From NCBI GenBank assembly GCA_963764625.1, contig CAVXTH010000009.1, positions 128,001 to 192,000 on the forward strand: a DNA stretch of 64,000 nt, in the 5' to 3' direction. The notes under the pieces are model-generated. The model had not been told where the DNA came from, did not search any database, and saw only the letters and a list, made by a program, of their open reading frames with translations. The position numbers and the translations under genes were made by a program. How positions within the stretch are numbered: position 1 is the first letter of the stretch; every line of letters begins with the position of its first letter. The DNA is from Candidatus Krumholzibacteriota bacterium (GTDB taxonomy: Bacteria > Krumholzibacteriota > Krumholzibacteriia > JAJRXK01). Below, piece by piece: positions 1-10,688 of this stretch.

Positions 1-1010
1 TCAACGATCACGTCAAGAAAGGGGAGCTCATCGCCCGCATCGACCCGACACTCTTGGAGCAGGCGGTTCGACTGACGGACGCTGATCTTACCCGCGCCCG
101 CGCCGGGCTCGCCGACGCCAAAAGGCAGTTCACTCGAAGTGAGGATCTCTACCAACAGAAGGCGATCACCGAGAACGACTACAGCACGGCCAAGTACAAT
201 CTCGAAGTGGCCAAGGCCGCTCTGGAATCGGCGGAGGTCAATCGGGAACGGGCGGCGCAGAATCTCGCCTACACCGAGATTCGCTCACCGGTCGATGGAG
301 TTGTGATCGATCGCACGGTCGATGTGGGCCAGACGGTGGCCGCCAGTCTCTCCGCCCCTCAACTCTTTCTCATCGCCGAGGACCTCTCCAAGATGGAGAT
401 CTTGGCCTCGGTCGACGAGAGCGACATCGGGAAGATCCACGAGGGGCAGGAGGTAAAATTCACCGTACAGGCTTACCCCGACTCGAGCTTCGCCGGAACC
501 GTCAAGCAAGTGCGGCTGAAGTCGACAATTCAGGAGAACGTGGTCAACTACGTGGTGTCGATCGCGGTTGCGAACCCCTCTGGTCGACTCTTGCCGGGAA
601 TGACCGCCACCGTCGATTTCATCGTGGCCGAATCCAAAGATGTCCTGATGGTTCCCAACGCTGCCCTGCGCTTTCGAGCCACCGAGAAGATGCTGACTGA
701 GCTCCGCAAGCAGCGTAGTGCGGCCGCCGCTGGCGACAGCACGCGTGCCGCGGGACGACGGCTTCCACGGGGTACGAACACTCCTAGCCGCGTCATGTTG
801 TGGACTCTGGACGAGAATGGCCAGCCCACCCCGATCTTCGCGCGCACCGGAATCTCCAATGGCCAGTCCACCGAAGTCACCAGCCGGCGCTTGCAGGATG
901 GCATGCAGATCATTGCGTCGGTGGTGAGCTCATCGGGAGGAAGCGCGGTCTCCAATCCCTTCCAGGGCGAACGGCAGGACCGGCGGCGCGGGCCGCCTCC
1001 CGGCCTTTAG
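1..1010 (+). CDS. MacA-like membrane fusion (periplasmic adaptor) subunit, 5' truncated by window edge
   Basis: Hairpin helix plus IRSPVDGVV, VGQTVAAS and LLPGMTA motifs; lies upstream of ABC ATPase and permease. Confidence 0.9.
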   Translation, partial: NDHVKKGELIARIDPTLLEQAVRLTDADLTRARAGLADAKRQFTRSEDLYQQKAITENDYSTAKYNLEVAKAALESAEVNRERAAQNLAYTEIRSPVDGVVIDRTVDVGQTVAASLSAPQLFLIAEDLSKMEILASVDESDIGKIHEGQEVKFTVQAYPDSSFAGTVKQVRLKSTIQENVVNYVVSIAVANPSGRLLPGMTATVDFIVAESKDVLMVPNAALRFRATEKMLTELRKQRSAAAAGDSTRAAGRRLPRGTNTPSRVMLWTLDENGQPTPIFARTGISNGQSTEVTSRRLQDGMQIIASVVSSSGGSAVSNPFQGERQDRRRGPPPGL

Positions 1011-1020
1011 AGGTGGCGTC

Positions 1021-1779
1021 ATGAACGAGCATCCCGTCATCGAAGCCACCGAGCTGGTGAAGACCTATCGCATGGGAAGTACCGAGGTACACGCTCTGCG
1101 TGGAGTTTCCTTGCGGGTGGAGCCGGGCGAGATGATCGCGATCATGGGTTCGTCGGGATCGGGCAAGTCGACTCTCATGAACATCCTGGGTTGCCTGGAT
1201 CGACCGAGCTCGGGGAGATATTTGCTCGAGGGAATGCGGGTAGACGAGTTGAGCCGGAACCGTCTCGCCGACATTCGTAACGCGAAAATTGGTTTTGTCT
1301 TCCAGACTTTCAACTTGCTGGCCCGGACCAGCGCGGCCGAAAACGTGGAGTTACCGCTCCTGTACGACCGGTCGGGACGGACACTGGATGTTCGGGCGCT
1401 CGCCAAGGAAGCCCTCGCCCGCGTCGGTCTCGCCGATCGGTTCGAGCACGAACCGTCCGAACTCTCGGGCGGGCAGCAACAGCGCGTCGCTATCGCCCGC
1501 GCTCTGGTGACCCGACCCGCCCTGGTTCTCGCGGACGAGCCCACGGGAAACCTCGATACCAGAACCTCGCTCGAGGTCATGAATGTCTTTCAAGAACTCA
1601 ATCGCGAGGGAACGACGACGATTCTGGTAACACACGAGCACGACATCGCTGCCTACGTCCGCCGCACGGTCGAGCTGCGCGACGGGCGGATCGTGCGCGA
1701 TGAACCGGTGGCCCAGCTTCGCGACGCCGCCGCCGATCTCGCGAGAATGGACGAAGCCAAGGCAGGGGGTGGCAGGTGA
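1021..1779 (+). CDS. ABC transporter ATP-binding protein (MacB/LolD family)
   Basis: Walker [10 protein letters not shown], signature LSGGQQQR, Walker [15 protein letters not shown]. Confidence 0.95.
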   Translation: MNEHPVIEATELVKTYRMGSTEVHALRGVSLRVEPGEMIAIMGSSGSGKSTLMNILGCLDRPSSGRYLLEGMRVDELSRNRLADIRNAKIGFVFQTFNLLARTSAAENVELPLLYDRSGRTLDVRALAKEALARVGLADRFEHEPSELSGGQQQRVAIARALVTRPALVLADEPTGNLDTRTSLEVMNVFQELNREGTTTILVTHEHDIAAYVRRTVELRDGRIVRDEPVAQLRDAAADLARMDEAKAGGGR

Positions 1780-2993
1780 AAAGCACAAACCTGATTCGCA
1801 TCGCCGGCCGTAGCCTGGTCAAGAACAAGACACGGGCCCTTCTCACCATGCTCGGCATCGTGATCGGAGTGGGAGCGGTCATCCTCATGGTCGCCATCGG
1901 ACAGGGGGCGACCAAGCAAATTGAGTCGACGGTACAAGGGCTGGGAACCAACATGATCGTCATCACTCCTGGCGCGGTTGCGACCAGCGGGGTGAGTCAG
2001 GGCGCTCAGAGCTTCAATCGACTCACCGTGGAGGACGCCGACCACCTTCGTCAGCAGAGTTTCATCTTGTCTGCAATCTCACCGGTCGTGACGACTCGGA
2101 GTCAGATCGTGGGAGGACACGGCAACTGGAGGGCCTTCATCTTTGGGGTCCATACCGACTACCAGATCATTCGCGACTGGCCGACGGAGTCAGGGGTTTT
2201 CTTCGATAACACCGACATGAAGGCGATGCGAAAGGTCGTCGTGCTAGGGAAGACGGTGGCAGATAACCTTTTCGGTGACGAAGATCCCCTCCAGCAGCAA
2301 GTCCGAATTCGCAACGTTCCCTTCACCGTCATTGGAGTTCTCGCGAGAAAGGGACAGACGGCGGGGGGCAACGACCAAGATGACGTCGTTCTCGCTCCCT
2401 ACACCACGGTGCAGAGCCGGCTCGCGGGCCACCAGTTCATCACCCAGATCCTGGCGAGCACTTCGTCTCCCGACGACATCGAGGCCGGCGAAGAGGAAGC
2501 GCGCGCCATCATGCGCGACTCCCACGGACTCCACCAGGGACAGGACGACGACTTCACGGTGCGTAACCAGGAGGACCTGGCCAAGACCGCGGCCAAGACC
2601 ACCGAAGTGATGACCCTCTTGCTCTCCGCCATTGCCGGAATCTCGCTCGTCGTGGGGGGCATCGGCATCATGAACATCATGCTCGTTTCGGTGACCGAGA
2701 GAACGCGCGAGATCGGTTTGCGCATGGCCCTGGGTGCGCGCGGCGGGGACATCCTCACCCAGTTTCTGGTCGAGAGTGTGGTCTTGAGCCTCGCTGGCGG
2801 TTTGATCGGTGTGGCGGTGGGGCTGGCCGGTGGTCTGCTTCTGGGTTCCATCACCGGCTGGGCGATTGCCATTTCCCCGGTTACGGTGCTCCTAGCTCTG
2901 ACCTTCGCTGGGTCGGTGGGAGTGTTCTTCGGATTCTACCCTGCACGCCGGGCCGCCGCGCTGGACCCCATCGAGGCTCTGCGCTACGAGTGA
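1776..2993 (+). CDS. ABC transporter permease (MacB/FtsX family)
   Basis: LTMLGIVIGV, GGIGIMNIMLVSVTERTREIG, C-terminal LDPIEALRYE. Confidence 0.95.
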   Translation: MKSTNLIRIAGRSLVKNKTRALLTMLGIVIGVGAVILMVAIGQGATKQIESTVQGLGTNMIVITPGAVATSGVSQGAQSFNRLTVEDADHLRQQSFILSAISPVVTTRSQIVGGHGNWRAFIFGVHTDYQIIRDWPTESGVFFDNTDMKAMRKVVVLGKTVADNLFGDEDPLQQQVRIRNVPFTVIGVLARKGQTAGGNDQDDVVLAPYTTVQSRLAGHQFITQILASTSSPDDIEAGEEEARAIMRDSHGLHQGQDDDFTVRNQEDLAKTAAKTTEVMTLLLSAIAGISLVVGGIGIMNIMLVSVTERTREIGLRMALGARGGDILTQFLVESVVLSLAGGLIGVAVGLAGGLLLGSITGWAIAISPVTVLLALTFAGSVGVFFGFYPARRAAALDPIEALRYE

Positions 2994-3019
2994 CGGGGTT
3001 GGCGGAGAGCTGAGGCAAA

Positions 3020-3050
3020 GAAAAACCCCGCCTCCTTTCGGAGGCGGGGT
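3020..3050 (-). terminator. Rho-independent terminator between convergent genes
   Basis: 11-bp stem accccgcctcc-tttc-ggaggcggggt (3025-3050) with a U-tract on the minus strand. Confidence 0.85.
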
Positions 3051-3080
3051 CTTGCCGTCTAAGCAAGTGGGCTCTTCAGC

Positions 3081-3407
3081 CTACCAGCGGTTATTGCCGC
3101 CGCCACCACCGTAGCCGCCGCCACCGCCGCCACCGTAGCCACCGCCACCGCCACCGCCGCGCTTCGGGCGATCCTGGGCCTCGTTGACCCTAAGATCACG
3201 ACCATCCATTTCCTTCCCATTCAGTGCGGAAATGGCGGCTGTCGCCGCGTCGTCGTCCATCTCCACGAATCCAAATCCGCGGGGGCGACCCGTGTCGCGG
3301 TCGTTGATCAACGCGACCGAGTGCACGTTTCCGTGCTTGCTGAACATCTCGTTGACTGCTGCTTCGGTCGCGCTGAAGGGCAGATTGCCCACATAAAGTT
3401 TCTTCAC
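3081..3407 (-). CDS. RRM (RNP-1) RNA-binding protein with Gly-rich tail
   Basis: RNP2 LYVGNL, RNP1 RGFGFVEM, GGGY repeats; GTG start at 3407 with GGAG RBS. Confidence 0.95.
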   Translation of the reverse strand: MKKLYVGNLPFSATEAAVNEMFSKHGNVHSVALINDRDTGRPRGFGFVEMDDDAATAAISALNGKEMDGRDLRVNEAQDRPKRGGGGGGGYGGGGGGGYGGGGGNNRW

Positions 3408-4120
3408 TTTCGTCTGTCTCCAAGAACCGGAATGCCGGTTCATCCCAAGTGCTTCAAGCCATTCCGAGGATCGGATGGGCCCCTGCACTCTATACAAGTC
3501 CAGCGACTTGCTGGACAACTTCCCCCTGATCAGGGGAATTTGAACTCGGCGATGCCGAGTTAAATCTGGTTTGGTCTCTGGTCCGGGTTTGCTGAGGTCG
3601 AGAATTCCGTACTGGACGAGGCCGTTTCATCCGACCCGCACAACAGAGGGGGCAAGAAGATCTTAAAATTGGCGTGCTGTCTCTCGCGAGACGCTGTTGT
3701 CCGCCGCAGCCGATCGGGACCAGGCCGCTTAGTGGAGCCAAGTAAAGCAATTCGTGGGCCGACAGCTAGGATTATCTTGAGCCAGGGTCCAGTCAGATCA
3801 AGATTGGGACTATCTCTTCGGGGCGAAGTCTGAGGTGGGTGCGATGCGCGGCTTGATTCCCCGGGGTCTCTGCACGGTCTGGATCGCGGGGAGCTTCACG
3901 CAGACGCGGAAGATGGCGCTCCCGAAATAAGCCGGGTCCCGAGTCCGCTCGAAGACGGACCGAAGTCTCAGCGCTGTTTTCTTTCTCCTCGAGATTCCGC
4001 GGAACCCAACCCTTCACAATACGTACTCGATAGATCCGTCTTGCATCGGGCATGGGGTCCGGTATCCTTCAATACCGCCAACTCGTTGTCGCTTCAGAAC
4101 ATCAATCGAAGAGGAAAGTC

Positions 4121-7100
4121 ATGAGATCGTTCGCGTGTGTCGTCCTGGCGCTCGTACTTTTGAGTGCCCTTGCTTCGGCGCCGGCGCTGGCCGCTTCCGA
4201 GTACATCCAGACCTCCGATATCCATGGAGACATGATCGTCTTCACCGCCGAGTCGGATCTCTGGCTCACCTCCACCAGTGGCGGAATACCCCAACGACTC
4301 ACCACCCACGAGGGAGCGGAGTACTTTCCTGCCTTCTCGCCCGACGGCAAGCTGATCGCCTTCACCGGTTCCTACGACGGGAATAACGACGTCTTCGTGA
4401 TGCCGGCAACTGGAGGGGAACCGCACCGCCTGACCTGGCACCCCGGTAGCGATCAGGTGGTGGGTTGGTGGCCGGACGGCTCCAAGGTGATTTTCCGCAG
4501 CAGTCGCAACGATCCCAATCACACCTATCACCTCTTCACCGTCGACCTGGTGGGCTCAGATCCAGTGGAACTGCCCCTGGGCTGGGCTTCGCGGATCGAC
4601 GTCGATCCCAAGAGCGGCATGTACGCCTTTGACCGTACCACGCGGGAGTGGGCCACCTGGAAGCGCTATCGAGGCGGAACCGCTTCGAACCTGTGGGTGG
4701 GCGACCCCACTAAGGCCAACTACAAGCAGATCACCAGCTTCGCCGGGATGGATCTGTTCCCCATGTGGCACGATGGCCGCATCTATTTCCTGAGCGACCA
4801 GGGAGGTACGGCCAACATCTGGTCGATCAAACCCGATGGCACCGACCGCAAGCGTCACACCGACTTCGGGAAGTGGGACGCGCGCTGGCCTTCCATGGGT
4901 CCCGACGGCCGCATCGTGTTCACCCTAGCCGCCGACCTCGAGATTTTCGACCCCGCCAGCGGGAAGACGCACAAGGTCGAGATCAACCTACCCAGCGACC
5001 GCAAGTTGACCCGAACCCGCTATCCCGATGCCGAAAAGAACATGACTGAATTCGCGCTCGCTCCCGACGGGGAGAGAGTAGCCGTGGCGACTCGCGGTGA
5101 GATCTTCTCGGTTCCGGTGAAGGACGGGGTGACGCTGCCCATCACCCGGGGCACCGGATCCCGCGAACGCGGGGTGAGCTACGGGCCCAAGGGAGAGAAG
5201 ATCCTCTACATCACCGACGAACCCCATGAGGACGAGTTCCGTCTGGCCGACGCCTGGGGCCGTGGCGAGCCCACGGTTGTGAAGAAAGCAGGCACCACGA
5301 CCTGGCATCGCCAGCCGACCATGTCGCCCGACGGCAAGTGGATCGCCTGGGCCGACAACACCTTCACTCTCTTCGTGAAACCGGTCGACGGCGGCACGGT
5401 CCAGAAAGTAGATCACAGCGACCAGTTCGAGATCGGAAGCTATCGCTGGAGCCCCGACGGTCGCTGGCTGGCCTACGACAAGCTGCTACCCAACGAATAC
5501 ACTTCGGTGTACATCTACGACACCCAGGAAAAGAAGACCCACGAGATCACCGGGCCCAACACGAACGACTACGATGCGACCTGGGACCCGGACGGCCGCT
5601 ACCTCTATTTCATCAGCGACCGGGCCACCAACCCTCTGATCGGCGAGAACGACTACATGGACGTCGAGTTCAAGAACGACCAGCTCTACATGGTTCTTTT
5701 GCGCAAGGACGTGAAGGATCCCATGGCGAACCTGAACGGTCTGCCACCCGACAAGGACAAGGGCGACAAGGACAAGAAGGATGACAAGGGGAAGAAGGAC
5801 GAGAAGAAGGACAAGAGACAAGGACAAGATTGAGCCGGTGAAGATCGACTTCGACGGTCTGGCCGAACGCTTCGTCGAGCTTCCCGTCGATCGCGGCCAC
5901 TACTACGGTTTGGCGGCCACCAGCAAGAACCTGTTCTTCGTCTCCCGTCCGAAGAAGGGGATGGCCGAGAGCGGCGGCTTCTTCAGCGATCCCAAACCCA
6001 CGGACATCCTGATGTCCTTCAGTCTGAAGGACAAGGAGGCCGATACTTTCGTCGACGGCATCATGGACTACGACCTGAACGCAAAGGCGGACAAGATCGC
6101 CTTCATGAAACGGAAGGGTGACCTCTACGTGGTCGACACCGGCTCGGCTCCCAAGGATCTTAGCAAGGCCAAGGTTGACCTGTCCGGACTCGTGGTCGAG
6201 CTGGATCCGCGTGAGGAATGGAGCCAGATGTACTACGAGGCGTGGCGTCAAATGCGCGATTTCTATTGGGATCGCAACATGGGTGGGGTCGATTGGGAGG
6301 CCAAACGCGATCAGTACGCGAGCCTGTTGCCTCGGCTCTCGAGCCGCGGCGATCTGAGCGATCTCTTGGGTCAGCTCTACGGCGAGATGGCGACTTCCCA
6401 TACCTACGTATGGGGTGGTGATTCCGGGGTGAAACTACCCCATGTCTCGACCGGCATGCTGGGCGCTGATCTGGTACGTGAGGGTAAGGCCTACAAGGTG
6501 GCGCGCATCTATCGTGGCGATGACGCGGATCGCGTGCGCTCGCCGCTCCTGGAGCCGGGCGTGAACGTGAAGGAAGGCGACTACATTCTGGCCGTCAATC
6601 GCAAACCCTTCGACGGCAAGCATTCTTTCTACTCTTCGATGGAAGAGCTGGCCGGCAAGGGAGTCCAGTTGACCGTCAACGACAAGCCCACGATGGACGG
6701 GGCGCGCGAAGTCACCGTGGTACCGATGGGCAGCGAGAGCGACCTGCGCTATTCGGACTGGGTGAGGCGTAATCGCGAGTACGTGGCCAAGAAAACCGAC
6801 GGCAAGATCGGCTACATTCATATTCCCGACATGGGCACCGACGGCATGATCGAGTTCAACACCTGGTTCTATCCGCAGTTGGACAAGGAGGGAATGGTGG
6901 TCGACGTGCGCTGGAACGGAGGCGGCTCGGTTTCCCAGATCATCCTCGACCGTCTGCGCCGCCACGTGCTGAGCTTCGATCGCAATTGGGGTGGGGGCAT
7001 CTGGACCTATCCCGACAAGGTCCTCAACGGACCTTTCGTGGTGCTCACCAACGAATTCGCCGGCTCCGACGGGGACATCTTCCCTCAGGCGGTGCAACTG

Positions 7101-7433
7101 GAGAAGTTGGCGCCGGTCATCGGCGAGCGCTCGTGGGGCGGGGTGATCGGGATGAATAGCCTTCGCCCGCTGGTCGACGGGGGCATGGTGACGATGTCCC
7201 AGACCGCCTGGTGGGATCCGCGTGACGGCTGGAGCCTGGAAAACCGCGGGGTGATTCCCGACATCGAGCTACAGAATCTGCCCCAGGATCTGGCCCGTGG
7301 TGTCGATGCTCAGCTGGATCGGGGAATTGAGGAAGTGATGAAGCTGCACGACGAGCATCCGCCGGTGAAGCCGCAGTTCGGGCCCATTCCCGGCCGCGAC
7401 CGCGAGGATTTCCAGAAGGAGCTCACGAATTAG
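4121..7433 (+). CDS. Tricorn-like S41 protease, secreted; one frameshift near 5815
   Basis: Signal peptide, PD40 beta-propeller repeats (FSPDG, WSPDG), PDZ region, catalytic AGSDGDIFP; two overlapping ORFs join in a low-complexity K/D tract. Confidence 0.9.
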
Positions 7434-7477
7434 CGGGTTCTGAGTCGAAGCGACGGGCAGGCAGAGAGCAACGAGCA

Positions 7478-7510
7478 GCCCTCCGGTCTTTGGCCGGAGG
7501 GCCCTTGTCT
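7478..7510 (+). terminator. Putative terminator hairpin after the tricorn gene
   Basis: gccctccggtc-ttt-ggccggagggc stem-loop, weak U-tract. Confidence 0.55.
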
Positions 7511-7607
7511 CTGACTTAGTATCGGACCTACCGGTCCTGGAACTCTTCGCGGATTGACGAGTATCAACCGAGCCAACCAGAACATTTCAATCCGGAGGTA
7601 CATCCTC

Positions 7608-8129
7608 ATGAGGATTGCGGCCCTCGCCAGCCTCTTGATGTGTCTCCCCCTGACCCTCTGGCCCGGAATGGCCAGCGCGGGCGGCGTCAGCTCCCAGGCG
7701 GCTTCGGCTGCCGCGCACGACGCCGCTCCTTCCTTTCAGTTGCCAGCGGTCCAAGGGACCGTCGACTCGGACTCTCTGCGCGGCCACCTCGTGTTGGTCG
7801 ATTTCTGGGCGTCGTGGTGCGGGCCCTGCGCGCAGTCGTTCCCATGGCTCGGCTCCGTGCAGAAGCGCTACGAGGCCAAAGGCCTGAGAGTCGTCGCGAT
7901 CAACCTGGACAAGAAACGTGAGGCGGCCGAGCGATTCCTGCTCAAGCACGAAGCGCCGTTCACCGTGGCGTTTGACCCGGAGGGAAAGACGGCCGAGGCG
8001 TTTCAGGTGCAGAGCATGCCGTCGAGCTATCTCATCGGCCCCGACGGAACGATCCTCTACACGAAACACGGCTTCCGAGCAGACCACACCCAAGAGATCG
8101 AATCCAAGATCGAGGAGGCCTGCCGATGA
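7608..8129 (+). CDS. TlpA/ResA-like thiol-disulfide oxidoreductase, exported
   Basis: DFWASWCGPC active site, MPSSYLI cis-Pro motif, signal peptide. Confidence 0.9.
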   Translation: MRIAALASLLMCLPLTLWPGMASAGGVSSQAASAAAHDAAPSFQLPAVQGTVDSDSLRGHLVLVDFWASWCGPCAQSFPWLGSVQKRYEAKGLRVVAINLDKKREAAERFLLKHEAPFTVAFDPEGKTAEAFQVQSMPSSYLIGPDGTILYTKHGFRADHTQEIESKIEEACR

Positions 8130-8367
8130 GGACGCGAGGTCTCCTGGGGTTCATCGGTCTGGTTCTTCTGGTGATTCTCGCGGGCGCGATCAGCGGATGC
8201 GCCTCCATGCAAGCTACAAGCCCTGGGATCGTGACCTGTTGGCGGAGCCGCAGATGAGTTTCATCGCCGAGCCCATGCTGAGCGTACTCGACGAGCACAT
8301 CTACTTCAGCAAAGAGGGATCGTTAGGCGGTCAGGATGCATCCGGCGGAGGCTGCGGATGCAACTGA
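8126..8367 (+). CDS. DUF4266-like small lipoprotein; frameshift near 8215
   Basis: Signal ending ISGC in one frame; KPWDRDLLA...HIYFSKEGSLGG...GGGCGCN in another; typical position between TlpA and DUF3570. Confidence 0.8.
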
Positions 8368-9620
8368 GTCCACCCAAGAAGCCCACCTCGGTTCGCGGCA
8401 AGCTGGGGATGGCCGCGTGCGTGCTTCTGGCTTCGAGTCCCGCCACCGCGCGGGCGGAAGCACCGCTTCGCTGGCAGCTCGACATGTCGGGCCTGCTCTA
8501 TGGCGAACAGAGCCGTACCCGCGTCGTCGAACCGACGGCACGCATCACCCGGCTGTTTCCCGATGGGCAGACCCTGTCGGCCACTATCGCGCTGGATGCC
8601 ATCACCGGAGCCTCGCCGACCGGCGGCATCGCTTCCACCAAGATCATCACTACCACCACTCCCTCGGGGCGGCTGCAAACCCAGCAGGTCGGGACCATTC
8701 CGACCAGCAACTTCCACGACATCCGGGGTGCGCTCGATCTGAACTGGACGAAGCCCACTGGAGGGTGGCTCACCACCTCGCTGGGAACCCATCTCTCAAG
8801 TGAGAAGGACTACCGCTCGCTGGGAGCGCACGGCAAGCTCTCGGTGGCGTTCATGCATCGCCTGACCACCCTGTCCCTGGGCGGCGGCTATAACTCGGAT
8901 GGCATCACTCCGGTGGGGGGCACGCGCGCGCCCCTGAGTGACGGTACCGTGATCATCGACAACGGGACCCAGGCCAAGCACGTCACCACCGTGCTCGTGG
9001 GACTTTCGCGCGTTCTCACGCGCCGCTGGATGGTGGCTGCGAATTTCTCGCAGACAAAAGAACGGGGCTATCTCACCGATCCCTACAAGATCGTGAGCAC
9101 GGTCGATCCTCAAACCGGGGATCAGGTGGGCCAGCTCACCGAACATCGTCCGTCGACGCGCGATCGCAAAGACGTTCTCGTGAGTTCGGTCTATCACTTC
9201 GAGAGCGATCTTCTCTATCTCGCGGACCGGGTCTACTGGGATGACTGGGGCATCCATTCCCACATGCTCGACTTCAGGTACCGGCATCGCTTGGAGCATT
9301 TGGCCTTCGTGGAACCCCACGTCAGATTCTATTTCCAGGGACGCGCCAATTTCTTCCGCTACTCACTACTCGATGGGGAGGCGCCTCCTGAGTACGTTTC
9401 GGCCGATAATCGCCTGGGCGCGCTGCGGACCCTCACGCTGGGCCTCACCTACGGCTTCCACCTGCAGAACACTCCCGGCACCTGGAGCGTACGCGGTGAG
9501 TACATGCGGCAGTGGGGAGATGGCTTTCCCACCGACGCGATCGGGAAGCAGCAGAACATCGATCTGGCACCGCCGGTCAACATCGGCTCTCTGGCCGCCA
9601 CCTACACCCTGCAGTTCTGA
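8358..9620 (+). CDS. DUF3570-like outer-membrane beta-barrel with flavinylation motif
   Basis: DAITGAS motif (8595-8615), GYLTDPY and YWDDWGI motifs, C-terminal YTLQF beta-signal. Confidence 0.8.
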   Translation: MQLSPPKKPTSVRGKLGMAACVLLASSPATARAEAPLRWQLDMSGLLYGEQSRTRVVEPTARITRLFPDGQTLSATIALDAITGASPTGGIASTKIITTTTPSGRLQTQQVGTIPTSNFHDIRGALDLNWTKPTGGWLTTSLGTHLSSEKDYRSLGAHGKLSVAFMHRLTTLSLGGGYNSDGITPVGGTRAPLSDGTVIIDNGTQAKHVTTVLVGLSRVLTRRWMVAANFSQTKERGYLTDPYKIVSTVDPQTGDQVGQLTEHRPSTRDRKDVLVSSVYHFESDLLYLADRVYWDDWGIHSHMLDFRYRHRLEHLAFVEPHVRFYFQGRANFFRYSLLDGEAPPEYVSADNRLGALRTLTLGLTYGFHLQNTPGTWSVRGEYMRQWGDGFPTDAIGKQQNIDLAPPVNIGSLAATYTLQF

Positions 9621-9629
9621 GGAGGCCGT

Positions 9630-10553
9630 GTGCACCGAGTCGGAGATTCTTCTGAGCTGTCCGAGTCGATCCCGGTGGCGATCGAAAGGGCGGAGGATTG
9701 TCAGGTGGGACGGTTCGAGGCCATGGCCAGTCCGTGCAGCGTTCTGGTGAACACGGAAGACGCGAGTGAGGCCGATCGACTCAGCCGCGTCGCGGCGCGA
9801 GAGGCGCTGCGCATCGAGCGCAGCTTCAGCCGCTACCGCAGCGACAACATCGTGCACCGGATCAATCATTCCGACGGGCGCCGGGTAGCGGTGGACGAGG
9901 AGACAGCGAAGCTTCTGGACTACGCGGCCACCTGCTACGAGATTTCCGATGGACTGTTCGACATCAGCTCGGGCGTTCTGCGTCGGGTCTGGCGCTTCGA
10001 CGGCGGCACTCGTGTGCCTTCACGGCGCGCGGTGAGTGAGCTACTCGAGTTGGTGGGCTGGGAGAAAGTGGACTATGACGGCGCCGGGATCAGCCTGCCG
10101 GCGGGCATGCAGATCGACTTCGGCGGCATCGGAAAGGAGTACGCGGTCGATCGCGCGGCCGCTCTGCTCGCAGAAAAGACCGAACGCCCCTTCCTCGTGA
10201 ACTTCGGCGGCGACCTGTACGCGAGCGGCGAGCGTCCCGGGGGACGTCCGTGGGGGATCGGGATCGACGACCCCTCCCGGACCGGTGAAGCGGTGCTCTA
10301 CCGGGTCGAGCTCCGCGGTGGGGGGCTGGCCACCAGTGGGGACGCCCGCCGTTTCGTCCGCTACAAGGGCCGTCGGTTGGGTCACATTCTCGATCCGCGG
10401 ACCGGATGGCCGGTGGAAGGCGCGCCTCAGGCCGTCACCGTGATCGCGTCGACCTGCCTGGAAGCGGGCACGCTCTCCACCCTGGCCTACCTGCAGGGGA
10501 GTGGTGCGAAGGAGTTCCTGCAGGCGCAGGGAGTTCACTTTCAACTGACGTGA
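9630..10553 (+). CDS. apbE: FAD:protein FMN transferase (ApbE)
   Basis: AMAS, GLFDIS, IDFGGIGKEYAVD, LATSG, HILDPRTGWP motifs. Confidence 0.93.
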   Translation: MHRVGDSSELSESIPVAIERAEDCQVGRFEAMASPCSVLVNTEDASEADRLSRVAAREALRIERSFSRYRSDNIVHRINHSDGRRVAVDEETAKLLDYAATCYEISDGLFDISSGVLRRVWRFDGGTRVPSRRAVSELLELVGWEKVDYDGAGISLPAGMQIDFGGIGKEYAVDRAAALLAEKTERPFLVNFGGDLYASGERPGGRPWGIGIDDPSRTGEAVLYRVELRGGGLATSGDARRFVRYKGRRLGHILDPRTGWPVEGAPQAVTVIASTCLEAGTLSTLAYLQGSGAKEFLQAQGVHFQLT

Positions 10554-10688
10554 TGGGCGGCAGGTGGCAGGGTTTTGCGGCTTGCCTACCCTATAGAGAA
10601 CAGCTCGACCACCGAAGAAGCTGCCAGCCGAAATTGCTGCGCGCGCGGTCTCGGACTCCCCCTTGCGGTCGATCGGAACGGAAAGCCA

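Noticed and set aside
3095-3160. Tandem gccgccacc repeats as a repeat array or CRISPR
   Set aside because: They encode the Gly-rich tail of the RRM protein; there are no spacers.
3793-4053. 86-aa minus-strand ORF in the intergenic region
   Set aside because: No recognisable motif or clear RBS.
5760-5835. Programmed frameshift or tandem repeat in the tricorn gene
   Set aside because: Low-complexity Lys/Asp linker with no clear slippery heptamer, and one of many similar indels in the window.
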